64,000 nucleotides of DNA from an uncultured Spirochaetota bacterium (GTDB lineage Bacteria; Spirochaetota; Spirochaetia; SZUA-6; Fen-1364), in contig CAWGAA010000001.1 in assembly GCA_963820525.1 (NCBI GenBank), forward strand, positions 2,880,001 to 2,944,000, written 5' to 3'. Made by a program: the position numbers and the translations under genes. Shown piece by piece: positions 27,800 to 38,824 of this stretch (positions are counted from its first letter, which is position 1; each line of letters begins with the position of its first letter). The notes under the pieces are model-generated. The model made no database searches and was not told the DNA's origin. It saw nothing but the letters and a program-made list of their open reading frames with translations.

Positions 27800-29347
27800 C
27801 TATTTCACGAACTTCAACTGGTCGTAGTTGAAGATAAGAGTAGCCCCGACCTTGACCCCCGTAACGTTCTTCTTTGTGAAGATGTAGAGGTTTCCCTGGA
27901 AAATGGGGACCGTCATGCACTCGTCGGTCCACATCTTCTGGACCTTCAAGAAAACGTTCTTTCGGGCCGTTGGATTCGAAGATGTCTGCTCTTGGGTGAA
28001 CAGGGCGTCCCATGCCTTGTCGGAGAAATAGATGCCCATGCCCTCGGAGCCCGTGGTTCCCGCAAACACGGCAGTGTAGTCGTCGGGATCGATGTAGTCG
28101 GGGTACCAGCCCAGGAGGAAAGCGGACATCTGTTTCTTGTTCCACTGCTGCTTGTAGGTGGCCCACTCCGCGCTCTTGAGCGTGACCTTTATCAGGGGCG
28201 TTTTCTCCAACTGCGCCTTGAGGACTTCCGCCATGTTCACTTCCGTATCGCCGTAGTGGCTCGGGGTATACCACAGATCGAAAGTGAAGGGCTTGCTCTT
28301 CGTGTATCCCTGCCCTTTGAGGATCTTTTCAGCGGCGGCCACGTTCCCGTCTCCCCACACGGTCTTGAAGTCGTTGGTGTGGTAGATCATGCCCTCGGGG
28401 ATCATCGAATAGAGCGACGCGTTCTGGCCGAGGAACACCTTCTGGTTGATCTCCGGTCTGTTGACCAGGGCACCCACCGCCTGCCGCAGCTTCTTGCTCT
28501 TGAAAACACTCTCCGAGGTTTCGAAGCAGATGTAACGGATGTAGGGACCGGGGAGCTTGAAGGTGTTGAAGCTCTTGCTCTTGGACAGGTCTGTGACGTC
28601 GGATGGATTGAGCTGCTTGTAGGCAAGATCGATGTCGCCGTTTTCCAGGGCGAGGCGCAGCGTTGTGGCGTCCGCGAAATACTGGATAATGATCTTCTTG
28701 ATGAACGGCTCCTTGCCGAAGTAGTTCGGGTTGTAGTCGAATACGGCCTGCTCGTCACGCTTGTAGGAGGAAAGGGTGTAGGGGCCGAGGCTCGCAATCT
28801 CGCCGCCGGTAAGTTCCGAAGGATCCTTGACGATGCTGTCCACGGGATACACATTCGGGTCCATGGGGAAGTAGGTGGGCGTGGCGATCAACGCCGGGAA
28901 ATACGCCGTTGGGCCCTTGAGGGTGAACTTCACAGTATAGTCGTCCACCACGTCGACCGATTTCACGAAGTCCGCCACAAGCCATGCCGGGTCCCCCTTG
29001 AGCGCGATCACCCGGTCGATGCTCCATTTCACGGCGTCAGCCGTGAAGGGGTCTCCGTTTGAGAACTTGACGCCCTTTCTCAGAGTGAAGGTGTACTCGT
29101 CCCCCGCCGCATTGGCGGTGTAGCCCGTGGCGAGGGCGGGCACGATCGTGGTCTCACCGGGGACGTAGGCGAGGAGGCCGGCGCTCGCGTTCTGGAAGAT
29201 GTCCCAGGTGTGGGAGTCGTACGCGCTCGCCGGGTCGAGGTCGGTGGCCTTGTCCGTGGTGCCATAGACGAGGCTGTCTTGCGCCCAAAGGCTCGACGTG
29301 GAGAGCACGAGGGCTCCGGCAAAGAGAATTGCCAACAGTCTTTTCAT
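27800..29347 (-). CDS. Peptide ABC substrate-binding protein (family 5)
   Basis: Signal peptide; LDPA, YTFTLRKGVKFSNG.PFTA..VKWS, GW.PDY.DPD. Confidence 0.92.
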   Translation of the reverse strand: MKRLLAILFAGALVLSTSSLWAQDSLVYGTTDKATDLDPASAYDSHTWDIFQNASAGLLAYVPGETTIVPALATGYTANAAGDEYTFTLRKGVKFSNGDPFTADAVKWSIDRVIALKGDPAWLVADFVKSVDVVDDYTVKFTLKGPTAYFPALIATPTYFPMDPNVYPVDSIVKDPSELTGGEIASLGPYTLSSYKRDEQAVFDYNPNYFGKEPFIKKIIIQYFADATTLRLALENGDIDLAYKQLNPSDVTDLSKSKSFNTFKLPGPYIRYICFETSESVFKSKKLRQAVGALVNRPEINQKVFLGQNASLYSMIPEGMIYHTNDFKTVWGDGNVAAAEKILKGQGYTKSKPFTFDLWYTPSHYGDTEVNMAEVLKAQLEKTPLIKVTLKSAEWATYKQQWNKKQMSAFLLGWYPDYIDPDDYTAVFAGTTGSEGMGIYFSDKAWDALFTQEQTSSNPTARKNVFLKVQKMWTDECMTVPIFQGNLYIFTKKNVTGVKVGATLIFNYDQLKFVK

Positions 29348-29460
29348 ACTGTCTCCTTTCTCTCTTGGGGATATATCATATCGAGGATACGGTCGCCCTC
29401 CGGCGCTGTCAAGGCAGCGTGCTCTCAACCAGCGTCGTGCACTTGCGTATAATCCTCACT

Positions 29461-30066
29461 ATGGAGGAGATTTCGATACGGAGGGCTTCGCCGGACGATT
29501 CGGCGGGCTGCGCGCGCCTGATTCTCGCCTCGGCGGAGGAATTCCTTCCCGCGGCGTTCGGCCGGCGCATCGAAGGCGTGCTGGAGCGGCTCTCGGCTCG
29601 CGGGGGAAACCTCTTCGGCGCGGAGCACACGTGGGTAGCGACGGCTGAGGGGCGGATCGCCGGCGTGCTCCTCGGCTACACCTGCGGGGAGAAGTCGGCG
29701 GAAGATCTACGCACGGGGCTGGCTTTGTTCGGCCTTCTGGGCCTGGAGATGGCTTTCCGGTTCCGCAGCCTTCTGGCGCTTCGAAGCGCGATCGGGACCC
29801 TGCGGCCGGGCGAGTACTACGTGAGCAACGTCGCGGTGAGTGCTGAAACGCGGGGCAAGGGAATCGGGACAAAGCTCCTTGCCAAGGCCGAGGAGGAAGC
29901 GCGGGAGAAGGGCTGCTCCGTCATCGTGTTGGACGTGGAAACCGAGAACGCGGCAGCCGTCCGGCTCTATGAGCGGCTTGGTTTTCTCCGACGATCCGCC
30001 GGCCCGCCCCTTCGGCTTGGCGGGATGGTTTTTTCCTTCTCCCGCATGGAGAAGCCGCTGGGGTGA
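29461..30066 (+). CDS. GNAT N-acetyltransferase
   Basis: VAV..RGKGIG..L, N..A.RLYERLGF. Confidence 0.88.
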   Translation: MEEISIRRASPDDSAGCARLILASAEEFLPAAFGRRIEGVLERLSARGGNLFGAEHTWVATAEGRIAGVLLGYTCGEKSAEDLRTGLALFGLLGLEMAFRFRSLLALRSAIGTLRPGEYYVSNVAVSAETRGKGIGTKLLAKAEEEAREKGCSVIVLDVETENAAAVRLYERLGFLRRSAGPPLRLGGMVFSFSRMEKPLG

Positions 30067-30171
30067 GAGCCTTGGCGTCAGCTTCGGCGCTCCCCCGCCT
30101 TTGCGGCCTCATGTATCCTTTGCTTGCGTTTTTACACGGCCCGTATATGCTTGCATGGAACGAGGGAGCGT

Positions 30172-31089
30172 ATGATGGAATTGCTTTCACAATGGGCCCG
30201 CACCAAGGGATACCGTGCTGCACTCGGTCCGGCAGAGGCGGCCCTGGAGGCGCGAGCCGAGGTGCTCCAGCGGGCGAGCCGCGGCGAGCTTGAGCCTGAG
30301 TTCAACCGGCAGTGGCTGGCCTGGCTTGAAGGGGAGCCGTCACCCGAGGAAAGGAGCGCCAGAACCGCCCTGGTCGTGGCGATCCCCAGCACGGCCAAGA
30401 CGATCAGCTTCGATCTGAGGGATTCCTCCATTCGCGCCCTCGTTCCTCCTACGTACGGGGAGGACACGCGCATGGATGAGGCGGTCCGGCTGGAGCTCGA
30501 GGCGGCCTTCCCTCAGCTCCGCGCGGGGCTTGCCGTCGCCCGCGCGCCGCGAAAGGCGCTGGCTGCCAGGCTGGGCCTTACTTTGTACGGCAGGAACAAC
30601 ATCACGTACGCCCCGGGGCTGGGAAGCTATATCCTTTTATGCGCCTACCTCACGGGAGCCATCGAGCCGCCGGCAGAAAGCGCGCCGCGCGCCGTCCAGT
30701 CCCTTGCGGAGTGCGAGTCCTGCGGGGCGTGCGCGGACGCCTGCCCCACGGGCGCCATTTCCGCCGACCGCTTTCTGCTTCGGGCGCAGCGCTGTATCGT
30801 GCGCTACAACGAGCTGGCGGATCCCTGGCCCTCGTGGCTTGCCCCGAGCGTGCACACCTGCCTTGTGGGCTGCATGGCGTGTCAGGAAATCTGTCCCTGC
30901 AATAACGGGCTTTTGAGGACGATCGACAGCGGGTTGCGCTTCCCGAGGGAAGAAACCGAGGTGATGCTTTCGCAGAGCACGGACAGAAGCTCCGAACCGT
31001 GGCCTGCCATCCGGCAGAAGCTCGCTTCGCTGGGGCTCGAGGGCTACGAGGCGGTCATCGGGAGAAACCTAGGGGCCCTCATCCGATAG
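30172..31089 (+). CDS. QueG-like 4Fe-4S double-cluster protein
   Basis: KALAARLGL..YGRNN..GS, CESCGACADACP, RC, GCMACQEICP. Confidence 0.75.
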   Translation: MMELLSQWARTKGYRAALGPAEAALEARAEVLQRASRGELEPEFNRQWLAWLEGEPSPEERSARTALVVAIPSTAKTISFDLRDSSIRALVPPTYGEDTRMDEAVRLELEAAFPQLRAGLAVARAPRKALAARLGLTLYGRNNITYAPGLGSYILLCAYLTGAIEPPAESAPRAVQSLAECESCGACADACPTGAISADRFLLRAQRCIVRYNELADPWPSWLAPSVHTCLVGCMACQEICPCNNGLLRTIDSGLRFPREETEVMLSQSTDRSSEPWPAIRQKLASLGLEGYEAVIGRNLGALIR

Positions 31090-31104
31090 CTCCCACTGTC
31101 TCGG

Positions 31105-31500
31105 TCAGCCGATCTCCAGCCGCCTGGCGTTCTCCCACAGGCCATGGATGTTGCAATAGGATGATGCCAGGATTGTGCCCGGCTTGTCCGTCTTGAACGA
31201 GCAGGTGACGCTTGGATTAGCGTAGACGCTGCTCGTGTCCGGGCCGTCGGGGGATTCGCCGTGCGCCGTGAAGTCGAAGCGGGCCACCTGGAAGGGGAAC
31301 TTGGCCCCATCGGGATGGAAGTACACCTCGATCCACCGGATATGGTGCTCGGTTTTGTTGGGGTGGGGGATCTCCTTGCCGACGCTCACGGCAACCTGAA
31401 CGGCTTCCCCCTTCTTGGCCGAAGCCGCGGCATCGATGACGGGAACGTGCTTTTCCTTCTTCCAATCCGCGGATTGAAACAAATCCTTCATTGACGCCAT
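31105..31500 (-). CDS. Class II superoxide reductase (neelaredoxin-type)
   Basis: EKHVP, HPN..EHHI.WI, YCNIHGLW. Confidence 0.92.
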   Translation of the reverse strand: MASMKDLFQSADWKKEKHVPVIDAAASAKKGEAVQVAVSVGKEIPHPNKTEHHIRWIEVYFHPDGAKFPFQVARFDFTAHGESPDGPDTSSVYANPSVTCSFKTDKPGTILASSYCNIHGLWENARRLEIG

Positions 31501-31520
31501 ACGTTCTCCTTTTAGAAATT

Positions 31521-31745
31521 TTAGACTCGAACCACCTCGCTCACCTGAGGGACCTTCGACTTGAGGAGGCGCTCGATTCCCATTTTCAGCGTCTGCGCGC
31601 TCATGGGGCAGCCGCTGCACGCCCCCGTGAGCCTCACCTTCACGACTCCCTGCTCGGAAACGTCGACAAGCTCCACGCTGCCCCCGTCAGCCTCAAGGGA
31701 CGGCTTTATCTCGTTCAATACCTTCTGCACGCTCTCCTTCAGCAT
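31521..31745 (-). CDS. Nfu-type (NifU C-domain) Fe-S carrier
   Basis: PSL.ADGG.VELV, L.GACSGCP. Confidence 0.9.
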   Translation of the reverse strand: MLKESVQKVLNEIKPSLEADGGSVELVDVSEQGVVKVRLTGACSGCPMSAQTLKMGIERLLKSKVPQVSEVVRV

Positions 31746-31924
31746 CTCACCCTGTCTCCTTTCGCTCCAACGCGCTTTCGCTTCGAGCCGGGCGCGCATG
31801 ATCGCTTACCGATCCTTCCGACTATAGTAGCGAGAAATCTTCGTGAAGTAAAGGAAGACGAAAGCGCGTCATTCCTTGACGCCGCCGGATCTCCTTGATA
31901 CGTTGATGATCAGGAAAAGTGGAA

Positions 31925-32737
31925 ATGTCGGTACTTTCGGGCCTGCGGAGAAGAGGTTTGGGGCTTGCGCTGGGCGGCGGAGCGGCCCGCGGTTTTGCCC
32001 ACATCGGCGTGCTCAAGGCGCTCGAAGAGCAGGGGATCCCCGTGCGCTTCGTTGCTGGATCGAGCGCGGGAAGCGTCATCGGGGCCGCCTTCTGCGCGGG
32101 ATACTCCTGGAGGGAGATTCTTGAGAAGGCCCGCTCGGTCGACTGGACGGACATCGCATCAATCACCATTCCGCGCATGGGCCTGATGAGCATGGCAAGG
32201 TTCGAGAGCCTGCTCGACCGCCTGTTCGACTTCAAGAGCTTTTCCCAGCTCGCCATCCCCTTCGCGGCGATAGCCGTTGATCTGGCCTCGGAGCGGCAGG
32301 TCGTTTTCACCGAAGGATCGGTTGCGGCAGCGGTCCGGGCGAGCTGCAGCATCCCGGGCATTTTCGAGCCCGTGGTCCGCGACGGAAAGGTCCTGGTGGA
32401 CGGGGGGCTGCTCAACGACGTTCCCGCGGATGTCGTCAAGGGCATGGGCGCCGCTTTCGTCCTGGCGGTGGATTTGAACGGCATCTCCAGCCAGGGCCAT
32501 GCCCCGCGCAGCATCATGGATGTCATCCATACGTCCTTCAACATCCTGGTCAAGCACGGCTCACAGGGTGGGATGCGCGCCGCGGACCTTGTCGTCCGCC
32601 CGCCGCTGGACGACATCGGATATCAGGAGCTGAAGAGAATCGACGAGCTTGTGGATCGCGGCGACAGCGCCACCCGGGAGGCCCTCACGCCGCTCGGCAG
32701 GCGGCGGCTCTTCCCGCGCAGGAAAGCTCGGACGTGA
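31925..32737 (+). CDS. Patatin-like phospholipase (RssA-like)
   Basis: GGGAARG, GSSAG, DGG. Confidence 0.9.
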   Translation: MSVLSGLRRRGLGLALGGGAARGFAHIGVLKALEEQGIPVRFVAGSSAGSVIGAAFCAGYSWREILEKARSVDWTDIASITIPRMGLMSMARFESLLDRLFDFKSFSQLAIPFAAIAVDLASERQVVFTEGSVAAAVRASCSIPGIFEPVVRDGKVLVDGGLLNDVPADVVKGMGAAFVLAVDLNGISSQGHAPRSIMDVIHTSFNILVKHGSQGGMRAADLVVRPPLDDIGYQELKRIDELVDRGDSATREALTPLGRRRLFPRRKART

Positions 32738-32752
32738 TCGGGAGGTGAAAAG

Positions 32753-33166
32753 ATGGCGCAATTCTACCTGCTCTCCTTCCTGGCGAACATCATTGCCGGC
32801 CTTACGCTCGCAGGAGATTTTCTGGGTGAAAAGATCCCCTTCCTCTCGTCGTTCAAGAACCTGCGGGACGACAGGAACGCCGAGATCGGCATCGGGGCGG
32901 CATCCGCCATTATCGGATTCATCAAGTTCTTCGTGCTTTCCCCGGGAGAGACGGTTCCCATCGCCGGGGACATGCTGCCCGCGCTCACGGGAATCGTGCT
33001 CGGGGCCGTGCTCCTCGCGGAGGCGTTCCGCCAGAAGGTCAAGAGCAAGGCGGAGCAGCTGGAGAAGATATCCCAGGCCGTGCTCAGCTACCGGGTTCCG
33101 CTGGGCATCGTCGGCGTCGTCGTGGCGTTCCTCCATTTCCTGCTTCCCGGCGCGCCCGTGTTGTAG
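32753..33166 (+). CDS. Hypothetical membrane protein (4 TM)
   Basis: GGAGG RBS; hydrophobic segments. Confidence 0.7.
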   Translation: MAQFYLLSFLANIIAGLTLAGDFLGEKIPFLSSFKNLRDDRNAEIGIGAASAIIGFIKFFVLSPGETVPIAGDMLPALTGIVLGAVLLAEAFRQKVKSKAEQLEKISQAVLSYRVPLGIVGVVVAFLHFLLPGAPVL

Positions 33167-33238
33167 GAGGCTGCCAGGCCCGGTTTCGCACATCCGCCGT
33201 CCCTTGATCTCCCCACGGCCGCCGCTATAATGGGCGCC

Positions 33239-34522
33239 ATGTACCAGTACGAGATCGAGGGGGGCTACCCCATCAAGGGCAGGATCAAGGCGAGCGGGAA
33301 CAAGAACTCTGCTCTCCCCTGCCTTGCCGCCGTCCTCCTCACCGACCAGCCGGTTGTGCTTCGAAACCTCCCCGAGATCGAGGATGTCCACGTGATGATG
33401 GAGATTCTCAAGGTCCTGGGGTGCTCGGTGGAGAAGCTCGGCCCAAACGAGTACCGCTTCCGGACCCTCGATATAAAGGGGGAGGAGATCCCGCCTCACC
33501 TCGCTCATAAGATCCGCGCCTCGATCCTCTTTGCCGGTCCGCTCGTCGCACGCAAGGGCAGGGTGATACTGCCGCCGCCCGGAGGGGACGTCATCGGCCG
33601 CCGCCGGCTGGATACCCACTTCCTGGCGCTGGCGGAGCTTGGCGCGAAGATCGAGGTGGGATGCACCTATGTGCTTTCTTCCGCGAAGCTCACCGGGACG
33701 GGGATCTTTCTCGACGAGGCATCCGTGACGGCGACGGAGAACGCCGTGATGGCCGCCGTGCTCGCCGATGGGGTCACGACCATCGAGAACGCCGCCTCGG
33801 AGCCGCACGTCCAGGACCTCTGCCGGATGCTGTGCGCCATGGGTGCGAGGATCTCGGGCATCGGCTCCAACATCCTTCGCATCGAGGGGGTCCGGAAGCT
33901 TTCCGGGGCTGAGTTCACCATCGGCAGCGACTATATGGAGGTGGGCTCGCTCATCGGGCTGGCTGTGGCCACGCGTGGGGAGCTGGAGATCGAGCAGGCC
34001 GAGCCCGCCAACCTGCGCATGGCACGCATTGCATTCGCCAGGCTCGGCATCTCTTGGGAGACCTCCGGGCAGTCCATCAGGGTCCCCTCCACACAGAGCC
34101 TGTCCGTGGTGCCCGACATGGGCGGGATGATTCCCAAGATCGATGATTCTCCGTGGCCGGGATTTCCCGCTGACCTGATCAGCATCGTTCTGGTCGTCGC
34201 CACCCAGGCGGCGGGGACCATCCTCGTGCACGAGAAGATGTTCGAATCGCGGATGTTCTTCGTGGACAAGCTCATCTCCATGGGAGCCCGTATCGTGCTG
34301 TGCGATCCTCACCGCGCCGTCGTCACGGGGCCTTCCCAGCTCACCGCCTCGGAGCTCGTCTCCCCGGACGTGCGCGCGGGAATGGCGATGCTCATCGCCG
34401 CCTTCTCGGCCCGGGGCAAGAGCATCATCCAGAACGTCTACCAGATCGAGCGGGGATACGAGAACCTCTCCCAGAGGCTCCGGAGCCTCGGCGCGAGGAT
34501 CATGAAGAACGGCGGAGAGTGA
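33239..34522 (+). CDS. murA: UDP-N-acetylglucosamine 1-carboxyvinyltransferase
   Basis: [50 protein letters not shown]. Confidence 0.95.
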   Translation: MYQYEIEGGYPIKGRIKASGNKNSALPCLAAVLLTDQPVVLRNLPEIEDVHVMMEILKVLGCSVEKLGPNEYRFRTLDIKGEEIPPHLAHKIRASILFAGPLVARKGRVILPPPGGDVIGRRRLDTHFLALAELGAKIEVGCTYVLSSAKLTGTGIFLDEASVTATENAVMAAVLADGVTTIENAASEPHVQDLCRMLCAMGARISGIGSNILRIEGVRKLSGAEFTIGSDYMEVGSLIGLAVATRGELEIEQAEPANLRMARIAFARLGISWETSGQSIRVPSTQSLSVVPDMGGMIPKIDDSPWPGFPADLISIVLVVATQAAGTILVHEKMFESRMFFVDKLISMGARIVLCDPHRAVVTGPSQLTASELVSPDVRAGMAMLIAAFSARGKSIIQNVYQIERGYENLSQRLRSLGARIMKNGGE

Positions 34523-34613
34523 AGCGCAACGCGCGCCTTTCCTTGAAATCACCTGAAAACATGATATACTGTGATACAAAAGGCTTGTGGCGACAATCAA
34601 GTGAGGAGGAAGT

Positions 34614-35132
34614 ATGAAAAAGCTCTTTGTGTTCGTTCTTCTTTTGGCCATCATGGCAGGCATGAGCTATGCGGAGGATCAGCCGACTCCGACAGCGGCC
34701 TTGGACATCATGTTCACCGATTCACTCGCCTTCGCCGGACTCGACCTGGAGCTTTTCCTCGGACCTCTCGGTCTTGGACCCTCGCTCACTTTTCTACCCT
34801 TTACGGTCAGCGGAGCCAGCGTGATCTTCTATGAGCCCGGCGCCTTCGTGCATTTCTACTTCGGCAGTCCGCGAAGCTCTCTCTACCTCTTTGTCTCTTC
34901 CACGTATTTCACAGCCTTCGCATACTCCAATGGGCAAAGCGCGAACTTGGAGGGAGGCATTTTCAACGTCAACGGTGGGCTGGGATTCAACGCGTTTCTC
35001 GACAAGTTCCGGATCGGAATCGAGCTTGGCTACCGCTATGCCGCGCTGTATAGCACTGCGACAGGGACATCATACGAGATGCCTTTCCAGATCCCGATAC
35101 ACTTTGCCCTTCGGGGCGGCTACGGGTTCTAA
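34614..35132 (+). CDS. Hypothetical small outer-membrane beta-barrel-like protein
   Basis: Signal peptide; aromatic-rich beta strands; ends GGYGF. Confidence 0.6.
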   Translation: MKKLFVFVLLLAIMAGMSYAEDQPTPTAALDIMFTDSLAFAGLDLELFLGPLGLGPSLTFLPFTVSGASVIFYEPGAFVHFYFGSPRSSLYLFVSSTYFTAFAYSNGQSANLEGGIFNVNGGLGFNAFLDKFRIGIELGYRYAALYSTATGTSYEMPFQIPIHFALRGGYGF

Positions 35133-35207
35133 GCGGAGGCGGTGATCCTCCCGCGCCGCCCGGATCTTTTTCGAAGCGGGCGCGAATCGGAACTTTCTCA
35201 TGCAAAC

Positions 35208-35238
35208 AAGCGGGGCCGCACGGCCCCGCTTTTCTTTT
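35208..35238 (+). terminator. Rho-independent terminator between convergent genes
   Basis: AAGCGGGGCC-GCAC-GGCCCCGCTT then TTCTTTT. Confidence 0.75.
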
Positions 35239-36001
35239 AGAAGCCCTTCTGCCTTCTGATTTCCTCGTACGCGGTCTGTATCGCCTTGAACTTCTCTTCG
35301 GCAAGCTTCACGAGCTCGGGCCCCAGGTTGGCCACCCGGTCGGGATGGTTTTCAACCATGAGACGCCTGTATGCCGACTTGATCTCCTGAACGGAGGCGT
35401 CGCGCCCCACGCCGAGGATCTCGTACGCGTCGGAGCCTCTTTCGGCGAATCCCGCCCGGACGCGGTGGAACGTCCGCTCGTCCAGGCCCAGAAGGATGGC
35501 GATCCTTCTGATGATGCTCTCCTCGGAGGCGGTGAGCCCCTCGCCGTCGGCCTGGGCGATCTGGAACAACAGCTCCAGGAGAAGCAGCCTTCCCTCGAAG
35601 CTTGAGACGGAGCGGTAGTAGGCGCACATCCCCTCGATGTCGATGCGGTCGCGGTTGGCGTACATCTCGTCGATGAGCCTCTGGACAAGCTCCTGCTCGT
35701 TCCACGAGTAGGGAACGTGCCGGCGGAAGAAGTCCTTGAGGGTATCCACGTGGCTCATCCGCACGCGGCCATCCGTCTCGGCCACGGCGATGGAGAGCCC
35801 CACCAGGCAGGCGAAGAAATTGATCTGCGCCTGTGACACGGGGTCGACGAGAGGGCGGCGGAAGCCGGAGGCGCCGCCGAACATCCGCCTCTCCTCCACG
35901 GCCTTGTCGAAGAGGTGTCCGATGAGCCCGCCGAACACGGTCCCGAAGGGCGCCGCGATGGAACCGATGAGCGCGCCGATGAGCTTCCCCGCTATCGCCA
36001 T
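35237..36001 (-). CDS. djlA: DjlA-type co-chaperone (TM-TerB-J domain)
   Basis: G..GHLFD, TerB-like DG motifs, J domain AYEILGV..IKSAYR..NHPD. Confidence 0.85.
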   Translation of the reverse strand: MAIAGKLIGALIGSIAAPFGTVFGGLIGHLFDKAVEERRMFGGASGFRRPLVDPVSQAQINFFACLVGLSIAVAETDGRVRMSHVDTLKDFFRRHVPYSWNEQELVQRLIDEMYANRDRIDIEGMCAYYRSVSSFEGRLLLLELLFQIAQADGEGLTASEESIIRRIAILLGLDERTFHRVRAGFAERGSDAYEILGVGRDASVQEIKSAYRRLMVENHPDRVANLGPELVKLAEEKFKAIQTAYEEIRRQKGF

Positions 36002-36140
36002 TCTATCCCTGCCTGTGCTCTGTCCCGACCGTCGGTGCTCGGCGGGCAGGGGGGAGATGAGAGATCACATAGTGATGATAGTTTCCGACGGCGGCAACTG
36101 TCAATCGAACCGGCGCTCAGCCTGGCGCGGCCGTCCCGCG

Positions 36141-37850
36141 TCAGCTCGCCGTCTGACCGGCAAGCATGATGAGGGCGATCACGAGAACGACCATCTCCAG
36201 GATCGCGCATGCCGCCAGGGCCGCCCCCAGGCCGAAGGCAAGGACGATGAAGCCCAGGAAGATCCGGTGGCCGAAAACCCAGAGCAGCGAGAGCAGGGAG
36301 ACGACAAACGGAGCCAGGGGAACGAAGATGAAAAGCGCCAGGGGAGGCCGGGCCAGGTAGCGCGCCCGCAATGCCCATCCGAACGACACGGCGAGGAAGG
36401 AGAGGGTGAGAAAGACGAAGGGCATGAGCGCGTCCATCACGATCTGGACCGACAGCTCCTGTTTCATCAGGCCGAAGTCGGCCAGGGTCCCTTTCATCCG
36501 CCACAGGCTGGCAAGGCTGAGAGTCGGTATGGCGCCGCGGTCTATGGAGAGCGCGTGCAATTCCTCGACGGTGGGCTTGAGGGCCAGCACGGCTTGGTCC
36601 GCCTTGGCCCTGGTGCCGACGGAGTAAATGGGCATGTATTGGAGCCGGGGGTTGTTCCTGTCGATGGCGTGCAGAAGGAGCATCCCGCCGGAGAGCTTCC
36701 CGTATCGGGCCGTGAAGTGATAGACGACGGTGCCGTCGATCTGGTATCGGAGTGCTTCCACGTTCTGCGCGTACACCTCCCCGCCGGATTCCACGAGCTT
36801 TCCGATGGCCACGGCTTCGGGGGGTCCCTTCTCGTCCGAATTGAGGAAAAGGATGTTGTCGGTTCCGGGCAGGAGCGCCGCCCTTTCCGCCTCGTCGATG
36901 AAAAAGGTGGATTCCATGACCTTCCGGCGGCTCTCCTCGAGGTATTCGGCGATGTCGTTGTCCTTGGGGTATTGAGAGGCCAGGGCAGTGAAGGCGTAGT
37001 ATGCCGTGAGGGGGCTACCGCTCATCAGCGTCGAGTACGCCTCCTTTTTTTTCTGGTACAGCTGCGCCGCCTCCACTTCCTGCTGGGAAGGGGTGACGCT
37101 CGTGATCTTGTCCCAGGCCAGCGCGGCCAGCCGAAGAGCGTCGGTCCTTCCGGGCTCGAGGGTGGAGGCCTGCGTTGCATAGTAGTGGGCGGAGAAGAAA
37201 TCTTCCTGAGAGTAATAATAGCGCGCCTTTTCCAGCAGGGCCGTGGCGTCGAGGCCTTGGGGAACGGCGGGCTGGGGGGCCGTCACCGGCTGTTCTTTCA
37301 GCTGCTTCTTGGACGCCTGGGATTGCAGCTCTTGATCCAGCTGGAGCACCTGCTGATTCGTCTTGTCGATCCGCAGGTACATCTCGGCATAGTCGAGCGC
37401 GGAGGCGAAGTCGCCCTTTTTCCTGTTCGCGTTCGCAAGCTCCAGGAACTGGCGGGCAAGCGTGCTCTGGTGCTCCATGTCGGCGAGCGCGCCGCGTTGT
37501 GCCGGAGCGAGCCCCTCGTAGAGCACGGTGTACACGATCGTGAGAAAAATGAAAGCGGCGAGCGCCGAGGAGACGAACCTGGCGAAGCTCTGCTGGGGGT
37601 TTCTCGCCGGGCCGGTCCTTCCCGCGCGGTTTCCCAGCGAGAAGGCCACCACGATCCCGGATACGTGCACGGGGATGAGGTAATCCACGAAGAGGAGAAA
37701 GGCCTGCCGGGCGGCGTACTGCCACTGAAAGGCGGGAAGGGCCCGGTCCGCCGTGAAGACGGCCAGCGAGTAGACGAGGAACGCTCCATAGGCAAGGGCG
37801 TAGAAGAGAAAGAGAATGGAAAAGACCCTTCCCAGGATGGAACGGTTCAC
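36141..37850 (-). CDS. Hypothetical membrane protein, 3TM + periplasmic TPR/beta region + 3TM
   Basis: Hydrophobicity pattern; TPR-like helices; GTGA overlap with the upstream gene. Confidence 0.75.
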   Translation of the reverse strand: MNRSILGRVFSILFLFYALAYGAFLVYSLAVFTADRALPAFQWQYAARQAFLLFVDYLIPVHVSGIVVAFSLGNRAGRTGPARNPQQSFARFVSSALAAFIFLTIVYTVLYEGLAPAQRGALADMEHQSTLARQFLELANANRKKGDFASALDYAEMYLRIDKTNQQVLQLDQELQSQASKKQLKEQPVTAPQPAVPQGLDATALLEKARYYYSQEDFFSAHYYATQASTLEPGRTDALRLAALAWDKITSVTPSQQEVEAAQLYQKKKEAYSTLMSGSPLTAYYAFTALASQYPKDNDIAEYLEESRRKVMESTFFIDEAERAALLPGTDNILFLNSDEKGPPEAVAIGKLVESGGEVYAQNVEALRYQIDGTVVYHFTARYGKLSGGMLLLHAIDRNNPRLQYMPIYSVGTRAKADQAVLALKPTVEELHALSIDRGAIPTLSLASLWRMKGTLADFGLMKQELSVQIVMDALMPFVFLTLSFLAVSFGWALRARYLARPPLALFIFVPLAPFVVSLLSLLWVFGHRIFLGFIVLAFGLGAALAACAILEMVVLVIALIMLAGQTAS

Positions 37851-38824
37851 AGGGCCTCCATCTGCTTCCAGCGGTCCGTCGGAATGAACAGGATGTCAAT
37901 CAGGAGGAAGAGCAGGCCCAGCACGGCGAACACGGCCGAAGGGAAGAGCCTCGAGACGAGCGGGTCTGCGATGACCCGGGCGATCTCGGGGCTGAGATCC
38001 ACGGCGAGCAGATGGTAGAGGAAGAAATAGCCCCGGATGGCCAGGATCAGGAAAAAGATGTTGATGAGCGGCCAGCGGGTGAACCGGAGAATGGCCATGG
38101 AGGCGGTGCAGAGAAAGAGAAGGGAGAAGCAGGCGATGAAAAACTCACCCAGCGCCTGGCTGAGGAGCCTCTCGAAGTCTGCCGTGATGACGGAGATGTC
38201 CTTCAAGAAGAAAGCGGATACCGCGTCGGGCTTGAGCAGCGAGCCGTAGGACGGCTCCAGCTTCTGCGACAGCACCACGGGCCTTCCGTTGGCCAGCCGC
38301 ACCGAGAGCGTTCCATTTGATTGCGCGACTTCCCCGCTGGGGTAGGCGGACAGGCGCGGCCCCGGGGCTTCGGGAGGCGAATAGAGGAGCACACCCTTGA
38401 CGGCGTTCTGCGTGACGCTCGAAGCGCTGAGCAGGGAATCCCCCATGCGGAGGAAGGATCTGGGCTGGATGTACTGGCGGGCGGCCTGGGGAAGCTGCCG
38501 CACCTCCGCGCCGAGCCGGTGCAGCCAGATCATGCTGTTCACCAGCATGAGGTAGCCCGCCCCGAGGCAGACGGCAAGGGCGAGGAAGCGGGAGAAGGGC
38601 TTTCGAACGATGCGGAACGCCGAAAGCACGAGGGCCGTTATGACGGCCGGGATGGCGGCCTGGAAAGCGCTTCGGGGAAGCCGCTGGAGGACGAATCCAA
38701 ACGTGAAGGGCTCGGCGTTCGTCGAGTACGCCCACGTGAAGAACATGTCGAGCGCCGAAAAAACCACCCCCGCGCAGATAAAGGCCAGGAGGAAGACGAA
38801 CAGGAGGAGAATCGGTCCTTTCAC
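37847..38824 (-). CDS. Hypothetical membrane protein, 3TM + periplasmic beta region + 3TM
   Basis: GTG 38824 follows a TTGCAA-17-TACCCT promoter; TM pattern. Confidence 0.75.
   Translation of the reverse strand: MKGPILLLFVFLLAFICAGVVFSALDMFFTWAYSTNAEPFTFGFVLQRLPRSAFQAAIPAVITALVLSAFRIVRKPFSRFLALAVCLGAGYLMLVNSMIWLHRLGAEVRQLPQAARQYIQPRSFLRMGDSLLSASSVTQNAVKGVLLYSPPEAPGPRLSAYPSGEVAQSNGTLSVRLANGRPVVLSQKLEPSYGSLLKPDAVSAFFLKDISVITADFERLLSQALGEFFIACFSLLFLCTASMAILRFTRWPLINIFFLILAIRGYFFLYHLLAVDLSPEIARVIADPLVSRLFPSAVFAVLGLLFLLIDILFIPTDRWKQMEAL

Noticed and set aside
560..31745. Selenocysteine recoding in the HesB or Nfu proteins
   Set aside because: The relevant positions are Cys codons; no in-frame TGA
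32561..38018. Long ORF-track entries antisense to real genes (e.g. 32561-34663, 35736-38018; also 7762-8922, 58616-60424)
   Set aside because: Shadow ORFs caused by high-GC codon bias; no recognisable motifs
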